This document shows positions 37,118-48,959 of a stretch of 64,000 bases of DNA, piece after piece; positions within the stretch are counted from its first letter, which is position 1, and every line of letters begins with the position of its first letter. The DNA is taken from NCBI RefSeq assembly GCF_006345805.1, contig NC_043019.1, positions 3,286,001 to 3,350,000 of the forward strand, in the 5' to 3' direction. The stretch comes from Octopus sinensis (Eukaryota). The position numbers were made by a program, and so were the translations under genes. The notes beneath the pieces are model-generated. The model was not told where the DNA came from and searched no databases. It saw only the letters and a program-made list of their open reading frames with translations.

Positions 37118-37761
37118 TGGGACAGGGAACAACTCCCTCAAGATTTCCGGGATGCAACAATCGTCCACATTTATAAGCGGAAAGGAGATCGGCAGTCCTG
37201 CGACAACCACCGAGGTATTTCCCTCTTGTCCATAGCAGGCAAGATCCTGGCCCGGGTGCTGCTTGACCGCCTTCTGGAACACTTGGAGCAAGGCCTTCTC
37301 CCTGAGAGCCAGTGTGGCTTCCGTGCGGGTCGAGGGACCACTGACATGATATTCGCCGCCCGCCAGCTCCAGGAGAAATGCATGGAGCAGCACCTTGACC
37401 TCTGCATGACCTTTGTTGACCTCACCAAGGCCTTTAATACAGTCAGTCGGGAGGTACTATGGAAGGTCATGGGAAAATTTGGTTGCCCCAGAAAATTTAT
37501 TGCAATTGTCCGCCAGTTCCACGACGGAATGACAGCCAGAATCCTTGAGGACGGCGACTCATCTGAAGCCTTCCAGGTGACCAACGGAGTCAGGCAGGGC
37601 TGTGTCCTGGCCCCAACACTGTTCAGCATCATGTTCTCGGCAATGATGTCCGACGCCTTTAGGGACTGCAAGTCGGGTATCAACATCAAGTACAGGACAG
37701 ACGGGAAACTTTTCAACTCCAGGAGATTGCAGGCTGTCACAAAGGTGAGGGAGACAGTCAT
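37118..37761 (+). mobile_element. Same RTE LINE, inverted 5' segment (RT N-terminal half)
   Basis: IYKRKGDR..CDNHRGISLL, ESQCGFR, FVDLTKAF, GVRQGCVLAPTLF, ending KVRETV, which directly precedes RDFLFADD in RTE RTs. Confidence 0.95.
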
Positions 37762-37980
37762 GCATACATACATATATACATGCATACATACATACATGCA
37801 TACATACACATACACACATACATGCATACATACATACACACACGCATACATGCATACATACATACATACATACATACCCAACCGGTTGATTTTGAAATTC
37901 TAATGAAGAAGCTTCGGATCTAGGTTAGAAATCTTGAAATATAACTGAATAATGACATACATACATACAGACACACATAT

Positions 37981-38190
37981 ATATTTCCTTACTGCCCACA
38001 AGGGGCTAAACATAAAGGGGACAAACAAAGGTCAGACCCCAGTGCGTAACTGGTACTTAATTTATCGAACCTGAAAGGATGAAAGGCAAAGTCGACATCG
38101 GCGGAATTTGAACTCAGAACGTAACGACAGACGAAATGCCGCTAAGCATTTCGCCCGGCGCGCTAACGTTTCTGCCAGCTCGCCGCCTTA
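37981..38190 (-). mobile_element. SINE-B monomer (internally deleted)
   Basis: Head, core and tail 1 are present. Confidence 0.85.
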
Positions 38191-39361
38191 TGTGTATATA
38201 CACATATATGTGTATACATACACATATATACACACGCACACACGAGCACGCATATAGGAAAATTCTTGAATCTAAGATCAAGGAAACAAGAAATACGAAA
38301 TAAAGAGAACTATAGGCCAAACGGTCGTACTTTATTAGTTTATGGCTTTGGCAAAGAAACTCCGCTGTTTCTACTTCGGTAGCTATTGAATAGAAGATAC
38401 TTGTCCAAAATTCTGTGCAATCAACCCAAACACGGAACCATGTGGTTGCGAAATAAAAACTACTCATAGAATTATTTGGCTTCCACCATGTTGCGTAAGC
38501 TGTTATTTCCAAGTCTTGATATATCTATGGCTGTTGTCTGATTAGAATTTATGATACAATACGCTGTCTTCTGGAATTTAACAAATCCTCTTGTTCCATC
38601 CATCTAACTTGAATAATTTGTCTTGTGTCGGCCTTCGGGAAACCAAAGAGAGATTGCTACTTTTAGCTCACTGCTACTTTCTTTCTTTTCTTATCTATTT
38701 ATTTGCGGTTTTCATTTAAACTTAAAGAAACAAAGAACACCGAACGAATGTTTCCTTGTATTCGGTATAAAAACAAAAGAAAATAAACAAAATAACAAAA
38801 GAAAATAGTGGCTAGAATTCTCACAGAAATCCTTAAATCATCATCACTCTTAATTAATGGTGTATTTATTCTACTCTTTCAATGTCAGAATAGTCTGATT
38901 TGCAGGGGAAAAAAATACCATTTGGCTAAGTTTTGGCAGAGAACAAAAGAAGAAAAAACAAAGCAGAGTATTTGAAGTTTTACTGTGCGTGCTGAAGATT
39001 CTCAAACTTGCTGGGGAGCCTCTATGTGGTCGCTTGTCATGCTAGAAGTAGCAGACAAAAATCTCTCAAATTTTATCTCACTGTCTTAGTAAAAATAAGG
39101 ATACATTTGATAATGTAATACGTCTGAAAAAATATATAACGGTCACTGCTGGAATTGTGGAATCCTTGATAAATGTTTACACGTTAAGGCAAACTTGTTG
39201 GACTTAATCTATCGCCTGTTTTCACGCCATTACGTAACTTTTGGTTGCCTTTCAACGTACTTCACTCAGCTGCTGGGATTCAGGCGGGGACTGTGTCGGG
39301 AAGATATCTTGAAGTGTTGGTGACAGTAGATTTTCGTCCTTCAACGCGGAGGATTGACTTG

Positions 39362-39718
39362 TTCTTATTTCTTTACAGCCCACAAGGGGCTACACACAGA
39401 GGGGACAAACAAGGACAGACAAACGGATTAAGTCGATTATATCGACCCCAGTGCGTAACTGGTACTTATTTAATCGACCCCGAAAGGATGAAAGGCAAAA
39501 GTCGACCTTGGCGGAATTTGAACTCAGAACGTAGCGGCAGACGAAATACCTATTTCTTTACTACCCACAAGGGGCTAAACACAGAGGGGACAAACAAGGA
39601 CAGACAAACGGATTAAGTCGATTATATCGACTCCAGTGCGTAACTGGTACTTAATTTATCGACCCCGAAAGGATGAAAGGCAAAGTCGACCTCAATGGAA
39701 TTTGAACTCAGAACGTAT
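39362..39718 (-). mobile_element. SINE-B dimer, headless, fused to a SINE-A head fragment (39719-39828)
   Basis: The same GAAATACCT|ATTTCTTT junction appears at ~39545. Confidence 0.88.
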
Positions 39719-40446
39719 GCCCGAGGCTATAGTAGAAGACCCTTGCCCAAGGTGCCACGCAGTGGGACTGAACCCGGAACCTAGTGGTTGCTAAGCAAGC
39801 TACTTACCACACAGCCACTCCTGCGCCTAAAACTAGCACTAGCGGTATTTGAACCCCAGCACGACGGTCACAATAAACGTTTTTTTTTTTTACTGTACTC
39901 CTACGGATTCTATCATTACCATCAACACCACCGCCATCCCCAACAAACTAACAAATAAAACATAAAATCGAGTGGGCGCGGCTAAAAGCATTTGAGGACC
40001 GAGTGGTGGCGTTAGACCGGGCGACGGATTATGCCTGCTGTTCTTTGACTTTGAATCAGCTCAAACAGAATAACGTTATATACTATGAGTTGTTTATAAC
40101 ATTGTTCACAGTAGAAATGGCTGAATCGAAATGTAATTTAGATTAAGTGAAGTGACAGCATCTTCCTCGCTTGACTAAACTATGTGCTTCACCTTAGTTT
40201 AATATCTCGTATCACAGCAAGCAACAACAGCAAACAACAACAACAGCAGCAACAACAACAGCAACAGTAACAACAGCATCAACTGAACGTTATACAACCA
40301 CTTCATAACCTGGTTGCGTGATCTGATTTCAGAATACAGCATATCCGATAATTATTGTTATTATTCTAGTGGTTGTGGTTACTGGAAGGAGGAGGAGGAG
40401 GAGGAAGAAGAAGAGGAAGAGGAGGAGGAGTAAGAGGAGTTAGAAT

Positions 40447-40600
40447 ATCAGGCGCAGGCCTATTTGTCGTGTAAGAAGTTTGCTTCCGGGTACCGTCTCA
40501 TTGCGTGGAACCTTGAGCAAGTAACTTCTAATACAGTCTGAAGCTGACGAAAGTATTGTGAGCGAATTTGTCGAATGGAAACTGAAAAACGTCCGTTGTG
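40447..40600 (+). mobile_element. SINE family A, degenerate 5' part
   Basis: AGGCGCAGG..ACCTTGAGCAAGT..TTGTGAGCGAATTTG..GGAAACTGAAA. Confidence 0.6.
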
Positions 40601-40621
40601 TACAAATATGTTTGGTGTGCG

Positions 40622-40685
<64 letters not shown>

Positions 40686-40799
40686 AATCAAAAATAAAAA
40701 CAGAAACAGGCAAAACAAAAACAACGAAAGTCAAAAGGACATTCACGGTGAATGTATTAGATTGACGCTTAGAGAACGTTTAATACAAAGAAAGATGGA

Positions 40800-40880
40800 A
40801 GTGGGTAACGTTTCGAACACGGCTCTTCGTCAGACAGAGGAAAGAGGAAAAATCCGGAAAGAAGGAAAAGTGTAGTCCGA
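40800..40880 (-). mobile_element. PLE-type remnant with hammerhead-like core
   Basis: Minus strand CTGACGA-a-GAGC-cgt-GTTC-GAAA-CGTT. Stem I is poor. Confidence 0.4.
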
Positions 40881-41129
40881 GAAAAGCACGTGCATCGTGT
40901 ATGCTTGTATGCATGTGTGTACGCGTGCGCAAGCGTGTTGGACTTAAATAAACTTTTCGAGGTGGTACCCTAGCATGGCCGCAGTCCAGTGACTACAATA
41001 AATAAATAAAAGAAAAGACTATACTTTAACTCTATTGATATCATTGTCCTCTCTTACTCCCTTTCCCTCACCCACCTGTCTGTTTCTCTCTCTTTCTCTC
41101 TCACTCTCTCTTTGTCTCTTTCTCCCTCT

Positions 41130-42025
41130 CTGTCTCCCCCTTTATCTGAGAAACACCTGACCCGCCTGTTCAGGACAACTTTCGGGCTGAAACCTATAGA
41201 CAATCACCAAAGATCCCTGGCCTGGCAGTGCTATCGAGAAGCATTACCTGTTCGGGATAAGCTCTACAGGCACGGTTCGAGACACACTGGACCGACTTGC
41301 CCGAGATGCGGTCGGAGCGACGAAACCGTCCTGCACGCACTCGTGCAGTGTCCAACCATTTCGGACCTGTGGGCTTATGCCGAGCGGCTGCTGTCACGTG
41401 TGGGACGAAACCGCTTGTCGGCCGAGTCTATCATGCAAATCGCTCCACCCCCTTCTCTCAACCAGGAAGGCAAGGTAGTTTTCATCGTACTGGTGGCTAT
41501 GGTGAAAGAATGTGTGTGGTGGACTCGAGCGAAAGGACTAGAGACAAACACTTACCTCTCTGGCCAATCGCTCATCAACTTTTTCAAGTACCACATGAAA
41601 AGGAAGGTGAGAATGGAGAGGCAGGTTTTGTCTAGTGAAAGTTTCAAAAAAAAGGTGGGTGAATGTAGCAAAGATGGTGCATGCGAGTGACGAAACCACT
41701 TTGAGCATGATCCTGTAAATCGTAAAAGAGAGAGAGAGAGAGCGCACTTTGCTCTCATGTGTTTAATTCCTCCCTGTCTGAGGTTACTGTGGTCTTTTCT
41801 GTAGGCTTTTCTTTCCACGGATGAACCTAATCTTGTTTGTTATTTAAAAAAAAATTCTTTCTGTGATACACGGTTCCTTTTGATCGTTTTTTTCCCCGAT
41901 CCCTTTTGATCGAAATTTTACATTTGTTTCCTTTTTTCTTTTTCTTTTTCCATCTTCAAAAAGAAAAGCTCGACATTTGCATTTGTCCCCTCTGTATCCA
42001 GCCCTGTGTTTTAATAAAGAAAGTT
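41130..42025 (+). mobile_element. Tx1/L1-clade LINE, 5'-truncated: C-terminal CCHC (zf-RVT-like) region and 3' UTR
   Basis: LAWQCYREALPVRDKL..CPRCGRSDETVLHALVQC..LW..VWWTR. One frameshift in the A-run at ~41650, stop at 41716-41718. The 3' UTR ends AATAAAGAAAGTT followed by (ATCT)n. Confidence 0.85.
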
Positions 42026-42139
42026 ATCTATCTATCTATCTGTCTGTCTGTCTGTCTGTCTTTATCTATCTATCTATCTATCTATCTATCTGTTCATCCA
42101 TCCATCTATCTATCTATCTATCCATCCATCTATCTATCC

Positions 42140-42200
<61 letters not shown>
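42026..42200. repeat. (ATCT)n microsatellite (further tracts 42860-43140)
   Basis: Direct inspection. Confidence 0.95.
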
Positions 42201-42203
<3 letters not shown>

Positions 42204-42374
42204 GTGATAAACGGTTCCTTTTGATCGCTAGTTTTTCCCGATCCCTTTTGATCGAAATTTTACATTTGCTTCCTTTTTTTTTTTTCTTTTTCGTTTTCCA
42301 TCTTCGAAAAGAAAAGCTCTACATTTCTATTTGTCCCCTCTGTGTCCAGCCCTGTGTGGCTAATAAAGAAAATT
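42201..42374 (+). mobile_element. Second Tx1-type 3' UTR end inserted in (ATCT)n
   Basis: Homologous to 41861-42025 and flanked by ATCT repeats on both sides. Confidence 0.85.
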
Positions 42375-42882
42375 ATCTATCTACAATTCATCTCCCTTCC
42401 TCTCTATCTTCTCACCTCTTCCTTATTTCCACCAACAAAACAGCGACTGACTTCTAGATCTTAAATTCAACATCTTCACTTAGCGTTATTATTCATCTCG
42501 ACTTAACATTTCTCTATGGAAAACACGTTCAAACGCCTACGCGAGGTGAGCTCCCTGTTCTTTAACTTGAAACCATCTGCTTGTCCACAATTTATACACC
42601 AATTTATTCTCTTATTTGTTCCCTCTTATTTTTGAAGCGCTGTAAGAAAATATTTGTAATGCGGTAAGGTATCACCTGCCTTATAAATAGTGTGTATGAG
42701 TGTATGCGTGTGTGTGTGTGACTTTACCTATATCTCTAAGTTTGTCTTTCTCCTCACATATCTATCTCCAGATGTATCAACGGATCTGTTTATGTGATCA
42801 ATGTATCTGGGCATCTGTTAGTCTTTCTACCTATTCTTCTATCTATTAAGTTATCCTCCTCACCGTCTATCTATCTATCTAA

Positions 42883-42933
<51 letters not shown>

Positions 42934-43023
42934 ACCATCCATCTATCCATTTATCTATCTAAATACCTATCCATCCATCTATCCATTTATCTATCTATCT
43001 ATCTATCTTTCTATCCATCCATC

Positions 43024-43082
<59 letters not shown>

Positions 43083-43083
43083 C

Positions 43084-43116
<33 letters not shown>

Positions 43117-43282
43117 CCTAGCTATCTGTCTATAATTCTATTTACCTATCTAGCTAGTCATCTATCAATTTCTCTTTCTACCCCTTTCTCTTTCTCTCTC
43201 TCTCTCTCTCTCTGTCACTCCCTCTTTATTTTATCTATCTATCTATATATATATATATATATATATATATAGATATATATAT

Positions 43283-43345
<63 letters not shown>

Positions 43346-43421
43346 CTGTTTGTCTAGCAGTTTATTAAGCTAGCTAGCAAGTCAACTAACAATTTCTCTC
43401 TCATTCTCTCTCTCTCTATCA

Positions 43422-43453
<32 letters not shown>

Positions 43454-43637
43454 CTATCCATCTATTTATCCATCTATCTATCTGTCTTATTCCCTTCTCT
43501 CTTCTCCCCACAAAACATTTATATTTTTTAAAATCTTACATGACATAAATTCTACAACTAATGCGATTGTTGGATTAGAATTTGTATTTCATGGAGAGTA
43601 ATTTATCTCACACACGCACCTTCTCTCTTTTCCTCCG

Positions 43638-43678
<41 letters not shown>

Positions 43679-43889
43679 ACACATATACGTATATATATGT
43701 ATTTCTTCACTCTCTCTTCCTCTCTCTCTCTCTCTCTCTTGTACTTTATGTACAAGAGAGAGAGGGGAATGATTTCCCAGTAAGGAGCAGGGGAACCAAT
43801 CAACTTTTACCATTTAATAATAATAATCTTACATGCAGACACATCGCTGTCACTGGAAATATCTCGGTGTTTAATGTGCAGGTATAGTT

Positions 43890-44729
43890 GCGGCGGCGGT
43901 GGGGGGCGGTGCGCGCGGGTGGGGGTGGTGGGCGGTGGTGGTAGCGGTGGCGGCAGCGGCGGCATGACAACGGTGAGGGTGGTGGTGTGATGGTGATGGT
44001 GGTATGGTGGTGGTGGTGGTGTGATGGTGATGGTGTGTGGTGGTGGTGTGGTGTGGTGGTGGTGGTGGTGTTGGTGGTGGTGGTATGGTGGTGATGGTGG
44101 TGTGTTGGTGGTTGGTGGTGGTGGTGGTATGGTGGTGATGGTGGTGGTAGTGATGGTTGCGGCGATGGTGATGGTGTGGTGGTGGTGGTAGTGTGGTTGC
44201 GGCGATGGTGATGGTGGTGGTGGTGGTGTTGGTGGTGGTGGTGGTGGTGGTGGTGGTGATGGTGATGGTATGGTGGTGGTGGTGGTGGTAATGGTTGCGG
44301 CGATGGTGGTGGTGGTGGTGAGGTGGTGGTATGGTGGCGATGGTGGTGGTGATGGTGGTGGTATGGTGGCGATGGTGATGGTTGCGGCGATGGTGGTGGT
44401 GGTGGTAGTGGTGGCGGTGGTGGTGGTGGCTGGATGTTTTGTGGTGATGGTGGTGGAAGTTGTGAGTGGATTTGGTAGACAGAAACTGAAAGGGTCCGTC
44501 GCGCGCGCGCGCGCGTGTGTGTGTCTGTGTGCGTGTGTGTGTGTGATAATTGTGTGTGTGTCTGTGTGTGCGTGTGTGGTACTCGTGGTGTTGCTGGTGG
44601 GGAGGGTAAAGGTAGTTGTTCTTTGGTGTAGCGGTGATAGTAGAGTAGTGTTTGTGACAGTGATGGTAGTGGTGATAGTAGTATTGGTAGTAGTAGTAGT
44701 AGTAGTAGTACTAGTATATTACTACCACG

Positions 44730-44774
<45 letters not shown>

Positions 44775-44930
44775 ATATAGTGGTGGTGGTAATGGCGGTA
44801 GTGGAGGTGTTGGTTTGATGCAGCGATGGTAGTGGTGATAGTAGTATTGGTGGTAGTGGTAGTAGTGGTGATATAGTGGTGGCGGCGGAGGCGTGTTAGT
44901 GCGGAGGTAACGTGGTAGTATAGTCACTGT
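43890..44930. repeat. Degenerate (GGT)n/(GTA)n low-complexity tract containing a SINE-A core fragment (44459-44500)
   Basis: Direct inspection. Confidence 0.9.
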
Positions 44931-45024
44931 GCAGTAGTGTGCTTATGGCAGAGGTTGCGTGGTTTAGTGTGTGGTAGCAGTGCGGTAAAGGAGTGGTGCG
45001 TTGTGGTTGGGGTATAGTATATCT

Positions 45025-45265
45025 TTCATCTTTCACTTGTTTTAGTTATTAGACTGCGGTCATGCTGGGGCACCGCCTTGAAGAATCTATAATCCAATGA
45101 ATCGACCACAGAACTTTTTTTAAAGACTGGTACTTATTCTATCGATTACTTATGCCGAACCGCTACAGTACGTGATCGTAAACACACACACACACACATA
45201 TAAATATATATATAATATATATATATATATTATATATATATAGTATAATATATAGAATATATATA

Positions 45266-45309
<44 letters not shown>

Positions 45310-45497
45310 ACATATATAATATATATATATCTATATGCGATGGACTTCTTTCAGTTTCTGTCTACAAAATCCACTCACAAAGCTTTGGTCGGCCCGAGGC
45401 TATAAGAGAAGACACTTGCCCAAGGTGCCAAGCAATGGGGCTGAACCCGGAACCATATGGTTGGAAACAAGCTTCTTACCACACACTGGCATGCCTA
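45025..45497 (-). mobile_element. SINE family A with expanded internal (TA)n
   Basis: 3' domain 45025-45185 and head/core 45335-45497. Confidence 0.8.
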
Positions 45498-45753
45498 TTT
45501 ATATATATATATAAATCTATGTACGTATTTATACACAAAAGAGGTAACTTTTTACAGGACACCTTAAATGCTGGAAAGGGCAGTTAAAGCCCAAACAACG
45601 AATAAGAGTAATTTCAAAGGAAATGAAAAATATATTTGTATGGTTACCCCTAGACACGAGTTTCTGCATTAATGTGCAAATAAATTAATTTGCCGTCCGC
45701 GCTTCTTCAGTAAGGGCGCTAAGATTCATGCATATTTATGCAGAACGGAGATA

Positions 45754-45945
45754 TCGCTTATATAAAATCCGTTCTGTGTGTGTGTGTGTGTGTGTGTGTC
45801 TTCTCGGATCTCGGGCATCCTCCATCCGATTGCGCTCAAATTTGATATGTAGATACCGACGGTATCAGGGCATGTATAAGTCTTGAAAAACTTACAAAAT
45901 TCGATTCCAGGTGAGAATGCGATCGATAAATCTGTGGGAAATCCT
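45754..45945 (+). mobile_element. Helitron-like element, partial
   Basis: Matches 2155-2340. Confidence 0.55.
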
Positions 45946-46354
45946 TTTTTCTTTGGTTGCACAATCGACTATATGGCGCTGATAGGAGTTGCCTCCCTTA
46001 ACACCAAGCATGCATATTTCATACACAGTCGATCATCTTCTTTTCTTTTTCTTTTTCAACTTCTGTTGAGTGCCAAACAAATTTCCCAAACACAATTTAG
46101 TTACCTCCCTTTACAGTCTGAGGCGACGCATCCTGCGTGGATGTACTCCGGTGTCCCTGCATGGATATACTCCTTGAAGAATTTACTCTACAGTCAAACT
46201 AATTGTTTTCATTTATTATGAATGAACGAACATTATCACTCAGACATCCTCCTCTTCTTTCTTTCTCATCTTTCATTCTTCCTTCCTTACCTTCTTTCTT
46301 TTTTCGTTCTTTCTTCATTCTTTCTTTTACACACACACACACACACACACAGGT

Positions 46355-46386
<32 letters not shown>

Positions 46387-46396
46387 ATATATATAT

Positions 46397-46770
46397 TCTC
46401 TTATATAAAATCCGTTCTGTCTGTGTGTGTGCGTGTGGCTTCTAGGATCTCGGAAACCCTCCATCCGATTGCGCTCAAATTTGATATGTAGATACCGACG
46501 GTATCAGGGCGTGCATAAGTCTTGAAAAAATTACAAAATTCGATTCCAGTGAGAATGCGATCGATAAAGCCGTGGGAAATCGTTTTTTTTTTTTTTGGTG
46601 GGGGAAATAGAAAAAAGTCTATCTTTATTTCTTCTTTTGGTGGTGTCTCAAATTTAGGTTAAATCAGTGTTTCTCAAAGGGAGGGGACTATGGGACGGTC
46701 GGACAAGTTGTTTTGAGAAAATTTGGTTTAAATGTTTGACAACTCAGCACCGTCCATTGGACGTGTATAT
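46397..46770 (+). mobile_element. Helitron-like element, longest copy
   Basis: Matches 2155-2447 and continues to a small CGTCC-att-GGACG hairpin (~46751-46763). No CTAG terminus. Confidence 0.55.
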
Positions 46771-46997
46771 ATATATATATGCTTCATCGGATGAAGAAGG
46801 GAAGCAAGCCCCTTGGCCATTCGTCAAGTCTTCAGAGTGAGAGAAAAGGGTGAACAGAGCCTGAATGTTTACAATAGAATGTGGTAATATAGATCTGTGT
46901 GTGTGTGGTAGTATAGGCATGTGCGTGATTGCGTCTGTACCACCACCACCACCACCACCACCACCATCGCCGCAACCATCTCCACCACCTCCACCAC

Positions 46998-47205
46998 CAT
47001 AGACAGTATTTTACGTAAGGTATGGGCAATTCCCATGAGCACTATCTTTTGAATTTCTGCTATTTTGGTATTTCCTGGTATTTGAGCTCGGTAGCAATCA
47101 GCCCCTTTTGCTATCATTCCTAGGGCACCTATGACAACAGGTATTGTTTTAGTCTTCAGGTTCCACATTTTGCTAATTTCTACTTCAAGATCTTTATGCT
47201 TGCTC

Positions 47206-47207
<2 letters not shown>
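46998..47207 (-). mobile_element. R4/Dong endonuclease C-terminus fragment abutting (AAT)n
   Basis: SKHKDLEVEISKMWNLKTKTIPVVIGALGMI..IQKIVLMGIAHTLRKILSM is homologous to 11520-11734. Confidence 0.88.
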
Positions 47208-47273
<66 letters not shown>

Positions 47274-47291
47274 CATCATTATTATTATTAC

Positions 47292-47363
<72 letters not shown>

Positions 47364-47386
47364 TGTTATTATTATTATTATTATTA

Positions 47387-47431
<45 letters not shown>

Positions 47432-47689
47432 GTCAGATATTTTTATCTTGGTGACTTCCTAACATAGAAAGGATAAAAACTCAGACAGACAGAGGCGTGA
47501 CATCGACAATGATTTGATTGAAGTGTGTAATTTTGAAACAATAGCTATGAAACAAAAGGTATTGAAATAATGATTTGGTAATCAAAGTTCTGCAATCGTA
47601 ATCTTTCTTGGCCAATACACGATGTTCAACGTTTAAACCGAAAAAGAAGAAAAAATTATAACCGGTCTGAATAGAGCAACAGAAATATC

Positions 47690-48420
47690 GAAGTATGTGC
47701 TGTATTGTGTGGAATTTGTGTGTTGTATGAAGCGAAACATGTGTTGTGTGGAATGAATTATGTACTGTATGGAGTGAAATATGTGTTGTATGAAATGAAA
47801 TATGTGTTGTTTGAAGTGAAATGTGAGAGGTATGGAGTGAAATGTATGTGTCATATAGAGTGATTGTTTGATGTGAAATATGTATTGTTTAGCGTAAAAT
47901 GTACCTTGTATGGAGTGAAATATATGCGTTGTGTGGAGTGAAATATATGTGGTATAGAATGAAATATGTGTTGTTTGAAGTGAACTGTGTGATATGGAGT
48001 GAAATATGTGTTGCATGGAGTAAAATATGTGTTGTTTGAAGTGAAATGTGCGTGGTATAGAGTGAAACATGTATTGTATAGAATGAAATATGTATTGCAT
48101 GGAGTGAATTATGTGTTGTTCGAAGTGAAATGTGAGAGGTATGGAGTGAAATGTATGTGTCATATAGAGAGATTGTTTGATGTGAAATATGTATTGTTTA
48201 GCGTAAAATGTGCCTTGCATGGAGTGAAATATATGCGTTGTGTGGAGTGAAATATATGTGGTATAGAATGAAATATGTGTTGTTTGAAGTGAACTGTGTG
48301 ATATGGAGTGAAATATGTGTTGCATGGAGTGAAATATGTGTTGTGTAGAATGAAATATTGTTTAGAGTAAAACGCGTGTTGCGGTGAGTGAAATATATGT
48401 ATTGTACGGAATGGACAGTG
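47690..48420. repeat. ~21-bp minisatellite organised as a 309-bp higher-order repeat
   Basis: Unit ~TGTATGGAGTGAAATATGTGT. Variant strings repeat at +309 (47821/48130; 47981/48290). Confidence 0.9.
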
Positions 48421-48656
48421 TATTGTATAGAGGGAAACAGACACTGTATGGATTTGTTTTGCATGGAGTCTAAAACAGTTTAACGGATTGTACAACACCG
48501 TGGTTCCTTCCTACAACAGTTGTGAGGTACGGTGTGGTATCCATGCATGGTGTCTTTAGTAACACACTGTGGTATAATCAATTACTATAATTAAATATCC
48601 TGCAATTATTAAATAGTAACATTTGCGCTACACGAAGAAGCCATTGCCACTATAAA

Positions 48657-48952
48657 CAGCGACATACCTCGACTTACGTCGTCTCAAGCAACGTCATTTT
48701 TTTGTATACATCGCTTTTTTTCTTAATTTTCTTAATTTTCTTTCCTTTTTTTAAGCATAAAAAGCACCTAAAACCCAATACTGAAAAGAAAAATCAACAA
48801 AAATGCATGTGAAAATATGCATAAACCATTTATTAAAACAGATATAAGCTAATAAAATTCATTAAATGTTTCTTTCGTGTTACGTCATTTTTCGAGTTTA
48901 AATTGCATATCGTGGGAGCCATATTACCACGACGTAAGTTGATGTCTGCCTG
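48657..48952. mobile_element. pogo/Tigger-like MITE
   Basis: Imperfect TIRs CAG(C)GACATACCTCGACTTACGTCGT ... ACGACGTAAGTTGATGTCTGCCTG, with TA at the right flank. Confidence 0.6.
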
Positions 48953-48959
48953 TATATTG

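Noticed and set aside
37007-37903. 298-aa plus-strand ORF as an intact RT gene
   Set aside because: It is a chimera of antisense RTE sequence, the inverted RT segment and microsatellite. The true RT part is 37118-37761 only.
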